From: Callorhinchus milii
Taxonomy: Eukaryota
Length of the DNA stretch: 64,000 nt
Assembly: GCF_018977255.1 (NCBI RefSeq)
Contig: NW_024704742.1
Location: 136,092,001 to 136,156,000, forward strand
Direction: 5' to 3'
Shown here: positions 38,490-50,269 of the stretch, in pieces
Layout: each line of letters opens with the position of its first letter
How positions within the stretch are numbered: position 1 is the stretch's first letter
The notes under the pieces: generated by a model
Databases searched by the model: none
Seen by the model: only the letters and a program-made list of their open reading frames with translations
Told to the model about the DNA's origin: nothing
Translations under genes and position numbers: made by a program

Positions 38490-39785
38490 GGACCCCCCCC
38501 ACCCACCACACGCACACGCACACACAGCCCCCCCCCACACACACAGCCCCCCCACACACACACACAGTCCCCACACACACACACGCGCACACAGCCCCCC
38601 CCCCCCACACACACACACACCCACACACAGCCCCCCCCACCCACCACACGCACACACACAGCCCCCCCACACACACACACAGTCCCCCCCACACACACAC
38701 ACACCCACACACAGCCCCCCCCACCCACCACACGCACACACACAGCCCCCCCACACACACAGCCCCCCCACACACACACAGTCCCCACACACACACACAC
38801 CCCGCCCCCCCCCACACACACACACAGCGCCCCCCCCACACACACACACAGCCGCCCCCACACACAGCCCCCCCCCACACACACACAGTCCCCACACACA
38901 CACGCACACACACAGCCCCCCCCCACCACACACACACACACAGCCCCCCCCCACACACACACACAGTCCCCACACACACACAGTCCCCACACACACACGC
39001 ACACACACAGCCCCCCCCCCACACACACACACAGCCCCCCCACACACAGCCCCCCACATACACAGCCCCCCCACACACACAGCCCCCCCCACACACACAG
39101 CCCCCCCACACACAGCCGCCCCCACACACACAGCCCCCCCACACACACAGCCCCCCCACACACACACACAGCCCCCCCCACAAACAGCCGCCCCCACACA
39201 CAGCCCCCCCACACACACACAGCCCCCCACACACAGCCGTCCCCACACACAGCCCCCCCCCCACACACACAGCCCCCCCACACACACAGCCCCCCCCACA
39301 CACAGCCCCCCCCACACACAGCCGCCCCCACACACAGCCCCCCAACACACACAGCCCCCCACCACACACACAGCCCCCCCACACACAGCCCCCCCCACAC
39401 ACACAGCCCCCCCACACACACAGCCCCCCCCACACACAGCCCCCCCCCCACACAGCCCCCCCACACACAGCCCCCCCCACACAGCCCCCCCCCACACACA
39501 GCCCCCCCCCCACACACCCCCCCACACACAGCCCCCCCACACAGCCCCCCCCCACACAGCCCCCCCCACACAGCCCCCCCCCACACAGCCCCCCCACACA
39601 CAGCCCCCCCACACACACAGCCCCCCAACACACACAGCCCCCACACACAGCCCCCCCACACACAGCCCCCCAACACACACAGCCCCCCCACACACAGCCC
39701 CCACACACACAGCCCCCCCCCTACACAGCCCCCCCACACAGCCCCCCCACACAGCCCCCCCCCCCCCCCCCCCGCCCCATACACA
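38490..39785. repeat. Composite repeat ((CA)n-G-Cn)n; G-run array on the minus strand
   Basis: Direct inspection; source of the 505/460/419/441-aa spurious ORFs. Confidence 0.95.
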
Positions 39786-39947
39786 CAAATTTCTCCCAAT
39801 TTTGTTTCAACGTTTAGATTGAACCATTAACGAAAAGAATTTGCTGCGTCGCCACTCGGTGCCTCTCGGTCATGTTCCTCACCATCTCGTTCTTAGTGAG
39901 TGAGAGTCCCCCCACACGGGGAACCTCATCACTATGGTTATTAATAA

Positions 39948-40350
39948 TAACAACAACAACTTGCATTTATATAGCCCCCCCCACCACCCCCCCCTTCTCA
40001 TGTGGGAGGGAGGAGGTGACCGTAAACATGATCAAAAAAGGAAGGTCTTTCGGCGGGATTTGAAGGTGGGGAAGGGAGGGGATAAGGCGGAGGGATTGGG
40101 GCAGAGGTTTCCAGTTTCGGGGCCTGGTGGCCGCTGATGGTGGAGCGGAGGAACACGAGGGATGAACACGAGTCCGGAGCCGCCCGAGCGGAGGCAGCGG
40201 GTGATGGAGTAGGCGGTTAAGCAGGTCCCAGAGGTAGGGAGGTGCCAGCGCATGGAGGGATTTGACCAAAAGTCAGAGGATCTTGCAATCGATCTGTTCA
40301 GTAATTGGAAGCCAGTGTGGCCCGGCAAGGACTGGCGTGACGGGGTTAGC
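39948..40350 (-). mobile_element. L2 LINE 3' fragment (second subfamily)
   Basis: KSLHALAPPYLWDLL motif; 3' region similar to 48762-49205. Confidence 0.8.
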
Positions 40351-40354
40351 GAGT

Positions 40355-40962
40355 TTTGTCCCCAACTCCTCCCTCCACACGCTTCAGATGGTCCAGAACT
40401 CTGCAGCCCGTGTCCTCTCCCGCACCAGGCACCGTGACCCTATCAGCCCCATCCTCGCCCAACTCCAATGGTTTCCCATCACACAGAAGATACAGTTCGA
40501 GATCCTGGTCCTCACCTTCAAAGCCCTCCACGGTCTTGCTCCCCCCTACCTCTCCGACCTCCTAACCCTGTACCAACCTTCTCAACAACAACAACAACAA
40601 CAACAAGATTCCATTTATAGAGCGCCTTTCACGTCAGGAGAACGTCCCACCTTCTCGCTCCCTCCACTCAGTGGGCTCCGGCCTGCTTCACGTCCCCCGC
40701 CTTGCTCGCCTCATTATCAGCGGCCGGGCCTTCTGCCACTCTGCCCTCACCCTCTGGAACTCCATCCTGCAGTCCCTCTACCTCGCCCCCCTCCCTCGTT
40801 TCCTTCAAGACCCATCTCAAGACCCTCCTCTTGACCGTGCTTTCGATCTCCCTGCTTCCTCCCACCCTCCCCCAACCCGAACCCAAACCCCAGCTCAGAT
40901 CCGTAACCCTGTCTATCCAGCACTTTGGGACGTCCTCCCGATGTGAATATAATTTTGTTGTA
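40355..40962 (+). mobile_element. L2 LINE 3' fragment containing a 65-bp antisense L2-tail insertion (40584-40648)
   Basis: PNSSLHTLQMVQNSAARVLSRTRHRDPISPILAQLQWFPITQKIQFEILVLTFKALHGLAPPYLSDLL; the insertion is flanked by a duplicated ACCTTCTC. Confidence 0.92.
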
Positions 40963-40994
40963 GCTGTTTTGTGGAGCTGGGGAGACCTGCGACT

Positions 40995-41287
40995 AATAAC
41001 ACCTTATCACGTCATTGAGGGGTCTCAGAGGGCTTCACAGAATATACTGTAAAGTGGATTGACGATATATTTTGTGGGCGAAACGCAGCAGCCAATTGCG
41101 CACAGCAGCGTCCCACACACAAATTCAGTGACCGAATTATTATTTATTGTATTTTTTTAAGGGATTATTATCTGCCGACGCCTAACAACAGGTTTCTACT
41201 CATTGCTCGGTAAACATAGGTGTATGAAGTAAGGAAACTTGCCCTGGAATCGAACCCGGGTCCTCTCGCTTGCGAGGCAAGTGCTCA
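40995..41287 (-). mobile_element. SINE family A abutting the foldback element
   Basis: Homology to the other copies; first ~20 nt of the head are missing. Confidence 0.85.
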
Positions 41288-42124
41288 CTTAAGAGTAACC
41301 GAACCAAACTGAGTTCCATCTCACCTACACACGGAAATAGCTGAGATAATTATGGAATGGAATGCACACTCTCTCCCCGGAGGGACACATCCTGTTTACC
41401 TAATTCCAGAGAGTATTAGACACAGGTTGGTGAGAACCAAGGCTTGGGGGAGCCTAGAGTGTGCGTTGGGGTAACTGCTGGAGTCTAACCAGCTTGAGAG
41501 GAATTGGCAATCGTCCCATTGCTCGTCCAGCCAAGACAACCCTTGACAGTAGGCGTTTGGCTTGCAGTGTTAAATGGAAAAGAGTAGGGAGAATCACTGG
41601 GGAGAACCTAAGTGACTGGTCTGCCTCTCCAAGTCCTGCCTACTGGAGAACTGCTGAGAACAGCACAGTCCAGCCTGACTCATCGGCAGGATCTAGAAGA
41701 GCTGACCAGTCACTGAGGCCAGGGAATCATCCCACTCAGCTCCTGTTAACCCTGCAAGCCAAAGCCCAAACGGATAGAGTGGTATCGAGCTGGACGAGCA
41801 GCGGGAAAGCTCGCCAGTCAGTGCCATCAATGGCAAGCTATGTGGTTCCAGTTGGTCAGACTCCAGCAGTTACCCCCAAAGCACACTCTGGGCTCCCCCC
41901 CCCCACCCCCCGCCTCCGAGCCTTGGCTTTGGCCAACTTGTGCCCTAATACTCTCCGGAATCAGGAAAGCAGGACACATCCCTCCAGGGAGAGAGAGTCC
42001 ATTCCGACAACCTATCTCTGGGATTTCCACGTGTAGGTGGGGTGCGTGGAATTCTCAGCTTGGTTTGGAGACTCTTAAGCGACGGTGATGGGTTTCCGTG
42101 TGTGTGTCAGACACCCGGTTGACC
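41288..42124. mobile_element. ~840-bp palindromic foldback / MITE-like element, superfamily unassigned
   Basis: 41288-41640 is a diverged reverse complement of ~41684-42079. Other copies at 19700, 24195 and 42944. No credible ORF. Confidence 0.85.
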
Positions 42125-42943
42125 AAAAGAACTCGGCCCGTGAAGCCAGTCATGTATACTATGTGCACGAGCACCACTTAGTGGAAGAACCAGAGTGGTG
42201 CAGCCACCTATCTTTCCTCATTGCCACTATGCCACCGTCCCCATTTAATTTAAATGCCGCATCTTCTGTTTTTCAGGCCAACAAGCGTTCATCTCCAAAG
42301 GGATTTGCCAACCCATTGCCTCTGCTTAGTATTTTCCCCACGCAACCCTTTTATTGTCCCAATATGGTGTTCGCTTCATCTTTCTCTGGAAATTATGCTG
42401 AGTCTTTCTGCTCAGCCTCACGTCGCATTTCTCTGAACGTCGCAAGTTCCAAGTTTTTAGACGATCAGAGAGGCACATCATGCATCGAGGGGAGGGGCGG
42501 GGGGGGGGGGGGGGGCAGGGGAATGTGGGGGGGGTGGTATTGCAGTGGGAAAGAAAGAGAGACATAAACAGCACATGGGTCTGTTTTGGATCACAGCTTA
42601 TAAAACAAATCAATGAGCATAAACGGTGCAAATCTGCTGTAGAAGGGTTTTATACCTATACCACACCTGGAATTCAGGGGTATTTAATTCATGCGCTATA
42701 CGCACACACACATACACACACACTCACAAACCGAATGCACACCCCGCACGCACATAGCTTGCGCGCACCCAAATTTGCTCGCCCACACGGCCGTTGGGAG
42801 TGACGCCTCGGTGCGGAATTGGCTGCCGCCTTTCGCCCACAAAATACACACACAACCCACTTTGCAGTATATCCGCTGAAGCGCTTTGAGACGTCTCGAT
42901 GACGTGATCTAATGCAAGGATTTTTATCATTACTGTTATTTTT

Positions 42944-43300
42944 GGACAGCTGGGTATTCGACACAGATGAAGCCCATATCACTGTGTCTAAACGCTATCC
43001 AAATCAGACTGAGTTCTACACATGTATCCCATCTACACATGATGTCGGGAATGGAACACGCACTGGCTCCCCGGAGGGATGCATCCCGCTAACCTAATTA
43101 CAGAGAATATTAGGTGCAAGTTGGCAAGACTCGGGGACTCCAAAATGTGTGTTGGGGTGACGGCTGGAGTTTAACCAGTTAATACTGCATAGCTCATCAC
43201 TGAGAAACCATTCCACTGCTTGTCCTGCCAATGACAACCCGACCAGACCAGCTCTGGTTTGCAGTGTTAATAGGAGCTGAACGGGAATGATTCCTCCCCC
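42944..43300. mobile_element. Left arm of the palindromic foldback element (more diverged)
   Basis: GGACAGCTGGGTATTCGACAC... is the reverse complement of the TGACC terminus; colinear with 41290-41600. Confidence 0.8.
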
Positions 43301-44348
43301 TCCCCCCCCCTGATCAACACACTATTCATAAATGTGTTGTGTGTATATATATATATATGTGTGTGTGTGTATGTATGTGTATGCACAGGCTGCTGTTACC
43401 ATGTATATACAAACAGCATAAGGTAGACATATACCACACAGACTAACAACAATTTGCATTTATATAGTTCCCCCCCCCTTATATATATGCACATATACCA
43501 ACCACCTTGGATACACAAGCAACTTTGGACCACATACATATACTGTGTATATATCACAGTATTCACACAACCTAGGATACACACACACATATATGGCAGT
43601 GTACACACACACACACACACAAACACACACGTGCGTCCAGTGCAAACGTTCACACCAGCGCATTACGCACATCCAGACTAGTTATTATTCAGGAGCTTCA
43701 TAAAACATTTACAGATCTAAGTGTTAAGTACAAGCAGCGACAGCGAGCCAGTGATTTATACTGTGCCAGTCGCATTTATAATCATTTCCTCTCTTCCCAA
43801 CCCTTGTCCTCTTTGCTCTCTTCCCCCTTGTCCACGTTGCACCTGGTCACCTCGCTTTAAACCCTTGTGTTACAGTTTATTTTAAGGGCTGGTGGTCGGA
43901 TTATGCCTGAAGACCTTCCTGTTCCTGCTTACGGTCACCTTACCCCAGCTCGGAGCCAGGCTCCCCCCGCTGTCAAGCTCTCAGAGGTCCTACCTTGTGT
44001 GAAGGACGCTATATAAATGCAAGTTGTTGTTGCTTTTATTACGGTTAAGGCAGGAAGGAATTGTTTGATGTCCATCCCTCCTCCCCCAGCAAAGATTTCA
44101 CAGTGAAGTAATTGCATTTGACATAGCGCTGTGTCACGTCTTCAAGATACCTCAAAGCGCTTGACAGGACACACTGTACATAAGTGTAGTGACTGTTACC
44201 AGGGACTAAATGATATTCATAAATAAACTCTCACCCTCTCCTGACTAAGTGCCTCCACCATGATCCCATGCACACACACACACACACACAACACCATTCA
44301 TCCGCACACACTGAGCCGTGCTGATTCCCACTCTTTCAGGCTAAAGCT

Positions 44349-44379
<31 letters not shown>

Positions 44380-45454
44380 TAGACACACACAAAGCGAACC
44401 TTGTAATTGGTCAAACTGATTGATAGAGTTGTGATTATAAATCAAACGGACGCAACTGAACCGAAACAGTTAAAGCGGAGCCAGTAAAGTATTGACAGTG
44501 GCCCTGGGGTAAACCAAGCATTCACAAGCGATGTGTTTAAGGCAGAAAAAAAGGCAATCTTTTCTCTCTTCAATTTCCTCTCTACCCGCACCCACCCCCC
44601 CAAAACAAAACACCTCACTCTCCCCCCCCTCACCACCACCACCAACACATACACAGATTGGCTTTGGAACCATGCTGATTCCAGCCCGCACCCCCCCCCC
44701 CGCCCCCCAAAAAAGTCTTAAGGGATAAAGAGACAATTTAAGGGAGCAATACATGGAAGCAATGCATTGAGGCAAGCAAATGTCCAGTTTCGTGTCTTGA
44801 GCAACGTAAAGGGCAGCAAATCAAATCAAATCAGAGCGGATCGCTTGACACTAAAGTCATTATTTAAGGGGATGGTGGTGGTGGGGGGGGGGGGGGAGAG
44901 ATGGAGAAATTGCCAATTTGCTTTAGTGGTTTTGCTATTAATTCCACGTAAATTACACGATGAGTGTTTGTGTGTGTGCGTTGGGTGGGGGGGGGTTGGG
45001 GGTGGTGGGGGAGGGAGGATCGGATTATATTTTTATCACGCTAATATAATCCTTTGCATTTGATGCAACGTCTTGTCAGGCCGTTGAGGAATCTCAAAGC
45101 GCTTCACAGAACGTGCTGTAAAGCGGGTGTTTTGTGGGTGGAAATGATGAGATAATCTGCAGGGTAGAAAGTCGGTCTGAAATGTAAAAAAAAGTCCTAA
45201 AAACCATCAATTTCATTGAACCAGTGGATTCATCCTGAACCCAATTCGTCCCAAATCATTTACACACTGCCCACGTTTGCACTGGTATATCACACACACA
45301 CACACATTTACTCTGTATCCACAATCGATCGATTTATCACCAAACTATAAAACCACATTATTGCTTTTTTTTGGTGGTGGTGGTGGGGGGGGGGGAGGGG
45401 GGAGGGAGGGAGGACGATTTTAATCGATTTGCTTCTTCCTTCCATCTCTCCACC

Positions 45455-45489
<35 letters not shown>

Positions 45490-46094
45490 AAATATAGCAA
45501 ATCGCCCCCAAAATATTCTAAACAGCAATCACTGCCATATAAATCTAACGTTTCATAAATATTGAGTAAAAGTTTAACAAAAAAAAAAGGTCTGATGAAC
45601 TGATCTCTCTCTCTGTGTCTGTCTGTCTATCTCTCTCTCTCTCTATCCATCTATGTATCCCTCTCTCTCTCTCTCTCTCTCTCCTCAATTGATGTATTAA
45701 AACGACTGCAGACCTAGAATATTAAAGGAGAGAAAGAGAGAGACGAGGAGAGAGAGTGACACACACACACACACACACATAAGTCTGTGCTGAATTAAGT
45801 GAGATGCAGAGGAGAAAGTACAGAGGATGCTCTCTGGTACCATTTGTCAGCGATGGCTTGTGATTTGAAGCCAGTTTTTGTTTGTTAAACCAGACACACA
45901 GACACATAAACACACACACACACACCCCTGTTACACACACACACACCCCTGTTACACACACACACACCCCTGTTACACACACACACACCCCTGTTATAGT
46001 GAACACACACACTGCTGAGGTGTTGCACAAAGATACAGTTATTATAGGTACTGATGTTTGTCTGTATACACACAGCATAAAGGTGGGGAAAAGT

Positions 46095-46472
46095 TACACA
46101 CACTCACACACACACTCACTCACACACTCTCACTCACACTCACTCTCTCACACACTCTCACTCACACTCACTCTCACACATTCACTCTCACACACACACT
46201 CACACACATTCACTCTCACACACATTCACTCTCACACACATTCAGTCTCACACACATTCACTCTCACACTCACACACACTCACTCTCACACACCACTCAC
46301 TCTCGCACACACTCACTCTCTCACACTCACTCACACACATTCACTCTCACACACATTTACTCTCACACTCACACACACTCACTGTCACACACATACTCAC
46401 ACACACACTCTCTCACAGTCACTCACACCCTCACTCTCACACACACTCACACTCACTCTCATTCACTCTCAC
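46095..46472. repeat. (CA)/(CACT) low-complexity repeat
   Basis: Direct inspection. A 21-bp unit (CA)nCCCCTGTTA also repeats at ~45910-46000. Confidence 0.9.
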
Positions 46473-46546
46473 GAATGGACATTGTTGTAGTGAATGGCAA
46501 TTAACCCGTTCTCTGCTGCGCTGATTGAAACTGACCAGACAATGCG

Positions 46547-46577
<31 letters not shown>

Positions 46578-46857
46578 GGGAAAAGACGAGAAAGGGGGAA
46601 AAGAGAGGGAGAAACAGGGGGAGGGAGGAGAGAAAATTAAGGGGAGAATGAAAGAGAGAGGGAGGGAGAGTAGAAGGGAAGGAAGGAGAGGAGGATGGGG
46701 AGAGGGAGAAGGGGGGAAAGGGATGAAGGAAAGGGGGGAGGGGGGGTTAGGAAAGAGAGGAGAAGGGAGAGGGGGTGGAGGGGGTGGAGGGGGGGGTGGG
46801 GGGTGATGGAGAGAAGGGGAAAAGGGAGAGGAAAGGTAATACGAAAAGGAAACTCAC

Positions 46858-46939
46858 CACAGACTTGCGGGTTCCTGCTATGTAAGGAATGCCACCACAG
46901 AATAAAAAACATGTGCAGAATAAATCCAATCGCCATCAT
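46858..46939 (-). CDS. Probable first coding exon encoding a signal peptide of an unidentified secreted/type-I membrane protein
   Basis: The minus strand reads ATG ATG GCG ATT GGA ... CAA GTC TGT G|GTGAGT. That is 27 codons + 1 nt (phase 1), with hydrophobic core AIGFILHMFFILWW, a consensus donor and a pyrimidine-rich intron start. It is unique sequence lying between simple repeats. Confidence 0.72.
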
Positions 46940-47164
46940 TGGGTACCACAGGCAGCTCAGCCCTCAGCCCTTCTGCTCCTCCTGGGTCTCCCTCTCTCCC
47001 TCTCTCCCTCTCTCTCTCTCTCTCTCCCCTCCTCTCTCTCCCTCTGTGATTTCTTCCCTTCGCTTTAAAAACCCTCTCAACATCCGCCTTTGCGATTCGC
47101 ACAAGTTGAGCTGTGGGTCTGCCTCTCTGCCTCTAACACACTCGAGGGCTGAGCATCATCCCAT

Positions 47165-48135
47165 TCAGGAGGCAGGAGGGAGAGAGGGAGAGAGGGGTAC
47201 AGGAGGGAGAGGGAGAGGGAGAGAGGGGTACAGGAGGCAGAGGGAGAGGGAGAGAGGGAGAGAGGGGTACAGGAGGGAGAGGGAGAGGGAGAGAGGGAGA
47301 GAGGGGTACAGGAGGGAGAGAGGGGTGCAGGAGAGAGGGAGAGAGGGAGAAAGGGAGAGAGGGGTACAGGAGGGAGAGAGGGGTGCAGGAGAGAGGGAGA
47401 GAGGGGTACAGGAGGCAGAGGGAGAGGGAGAGAGGGGTACAGGAGGCAGAGGGAGAAGGAGAGAGGGGTGCAGGAGGCAGAGGGAGAGAGGGGTGCAGGA
47501 GGCAGAGGGAGAGAGGGGTGCAGGAGGCAGAGGGAGAAGGAGAGAGGGGTGCAGGAGGGAGAGGGAGAGAGGGAGAGAGGGGTGCAGGAGGGAGAGGGAG
47601 AGAGGGGTGCAGGAGAGAGGGAGAGGGAGAGATGGATACAGGAGGAGAGGGAGAGGGGGATATAGGAGGGAGAGGGGAAGAGGGATACAGGAGGAGAGGG
47701 AGAGGGGGATATAGGAGGGAGAGGGAGAGAGGTATACAGGAGGAGAGGGAGAGAGGGATACAGGAGGCAGAGGGGAGAGGGATATAGGAGGGAGAGGGGA
47801 AGAGGGATACAGGAGGCAGAGGGAGAGAGGTATACAGGAGGAGAGGGAGAGGGGGATACAGGAGGGAGGGAGAGAGGGATACAGGAGGGAGGGAGAGAGG
47901 GGTGCAGGAGGGAGAGGAAGAGAGGGATACAGGAGACAGAGGGAGAGAGGGATACAGGAGGCAGAGGGAGAGAGAGATACAGGAGGCAGAGGGAAAGAGG
48001 GATATAGGAGGAGAGGGAGAGAGGGATACAGAAAGAGAGGGATACAGGAGGCAGAGGGAGAGAGGGATACAGGAGGAGAGGGAGAGAGGGATACAGGAGG
48101 AGAGGGAGAGAGGGATACAGGAGGGACACAGGGAA
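47165..48135. repeat. GA-rich minisatellite (~25-nt unit GGGAGAGAGGGGTACAGGAGGCAGA and variants)
   Basis: Direct inspection. Confidence 0.93.
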
Positions 48136-48761
48136 GGTGGATGGAGGAAGATTATTTTTGTCTGATTTCCCCCCTTTTTTTTTTCCTGATAGGAAAGGTC
48201 CCCGAATCTGTTTGTTCTGTTAATCCATCAGGACCTGACCATCACGACAGACACAGACAGCAGCTCTGTCCCCTGCACTTGTTACTGGGAGCTGTGCAGT
48301 GAGCACTGTGTGGAGGGGAGGGGTGTGTGAGAGACCACATCCATTGATCCAGGGAGGTGGGAGGTTGCAAATCCAGGAGCTCGGATTGAACCCCATCCCT
48401 CCCTCCTCCTCCTCCTCCTCTCTCTCTCTCTCCCCCCCCCCCCCCCACCCCTTCTCCTGCCCCCTTGGAATGGACCTGTTCTGAAGATCCAGCCTCACTT
48501 TGCAATCTGCTCTGAGGTCCACACCAACCAGGGGTCCTGTCTCTATAACAGGTGCAGAGCCATCATTGCATCTGATATAGTCACCCCCCACCCCCCTCCC
48601 CCCCAACCCACCACACACCCCCACCCAACACACACCGCGACACACACAAGTAGTAGAATAATAGTCACTACACTTTATAGCACAAGCTGCGAAGTGCTTT
48701 GAGACGTTCTCCCAACGTGAACGATGCTGTATATCAAATACAAGGACTGTTAGTTATCCCA

Positions 48762-49205
48762 ACAACAACTTGCACTTATATCGCGCCCTTCACGCAGAGT
48801 AGGGTCCCAGAGCGCTTGATGGAGTCTGACAACGAGCCGGGGGGGGACGGGGGGGTGGGGGAAGAGGGAGGGGTTGAGGTGACCGTAAGCACGATCAAAA
48901 AGGAAGGTCTTTACACGGGATTTGAAGGTGGGGAGCGAGGGGGAGAGGCGGAGGGATTAAGGGAGAGAGTTCCAGAGTTTCGGGGCGTAGTGGCCGACGA
49001 TGGTGGAGTGGAGGGGACGAGGGATAAAAAGGAGGCCGGAGCCAGCCGAGCGGAGGTGGAATGGGGGGGGGTAAGCAGATCAGAGAGGTAGGGAGGTGCG
49101 GAGGCGTGAAGGGATTTGAAAACGAGTGAGAGGATCTCAGAAATCGATCCGTTTGGTTGATTGGGAGCCAGTGGAGCCTGACAAGGACTGGTGTGATGTG
49201 ATGCG
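48762..49205 (-). mobile_element. L2 LINE 3' fragment (second subfamily)
   Basis: EILSLVFKSLHASAPPYLSDLL motif and (TTG)n tail. Confidence 0.82.
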
Positions 49206-49439
49206 GGTGAGTATCTGGGCGGCGGATTCATTATTATTATTAATCACTATTTTCTTATCTGCAACGGGTCTGAATTAGTGCAGGTAATCCGCTCTACCAT
49301 GGGTAGAAATTGGAAAAGAGAAAGGGGTTTCTCCTCGTATCCTGGCCGAAAATTCTCCAGGTAAAAAATTATATTTGCCTCATGGTTATTTGCAGAAGTT
49401 TGCTGTGAACAAAACCGTCTGCTGCATTTGCCTACGAAT

Positions 49440-49781
49440 CATAACATTCCTTGCGTTTGATGTAACGCCATCGGGACGTCTCAAAGCTCTTCACAGAATA
49501 TACTGCAAAGTGACTTGACTGTGTATTTTGTGGGCGAAACATGGCAGCCAATTGCGCACAGCAGCGTCCCACAAACAGTCGCGGATTGAGTGACCACATA
49601 TTTTTTAGAAAGGAATTATTACCCCCAGAAAGCGATTTGCCAATCGACTGACAACCCGGGTTCCTACTGACTGCTATAGGTGAAGAGACGTGTGGGGTAA
49701 TGAAACTTGCATAAGGTTTCGCTCTGCCCGGGAACCGAACCCAGGTCCTCTCGCTTGTGAGGCGAGCGCTCTAAACCACTA
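49440..49781 (-). mobile_element. SINE family A
   Basis: Homology to the other copies. Confidence 0.88.
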
Positions 49782-50269
49782 CCCTAATTGACTCAATGCA
49801 CAGTCACTACACTTGATAGAAACGACCTGTGGGGCAGGACACCCAAAGAAACTCCCTTCCCTTTTCCAGCTGCTTGAAGAACACTCTGAGTTTAATGTTT
49901 GAGGATTGTTAATGATAAGGGCGTCAAATTGTAGATTGAGAGGAAATTTATGCAGCAGATTTTAAGCCATTAATATTACTTGCGTTACGGGTTCTTTCAG
50001 TCTTTAACAGCTTTTAACAGGAATAAATGTAGTGCTTTGCCGGCAGGGCGAAACCTTGGGCAAGTTTCCTTACTCCACACGCCTGATAATAATCCCTCAA
50101 GAAAAATACCAATAATAAATTGGTCACTTCAATCCACGACTGTTTGTTGGACGCTGCTGTGCGCAATTGGCTGCCGCCTTTTGCCCACAAGTCAATACAG
50201 CATATTCTGTGAAGCGCTTTGAGACGTCTAGAAGATGTGAAAAACGCTGTGTCAAATTATACGGCTCTG

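Noticed and set aside
38305..39822. 505-aa Pro/His/Thr-rich ORF and antisense Gly/Cys/Val ORFs (extensin- or keratin-associated-like)
   Set aside because: Open in several frames on both strands because the repeat lacks stop codons; no codon-phase preservation of unit lengths.
41288..42079. TTAA-flanked Kolobok/piggyBac assignment for the foldback element
   Set aside because: Homology between copies extends ~45 bp beyond the TTAA, so it is internal rather than a target-site duplication.
46695..48129. 339/350-aa ORFs
   Set aside because: GA-rich minisatellite translations; only the 82-nt minus-strand exon is credible.
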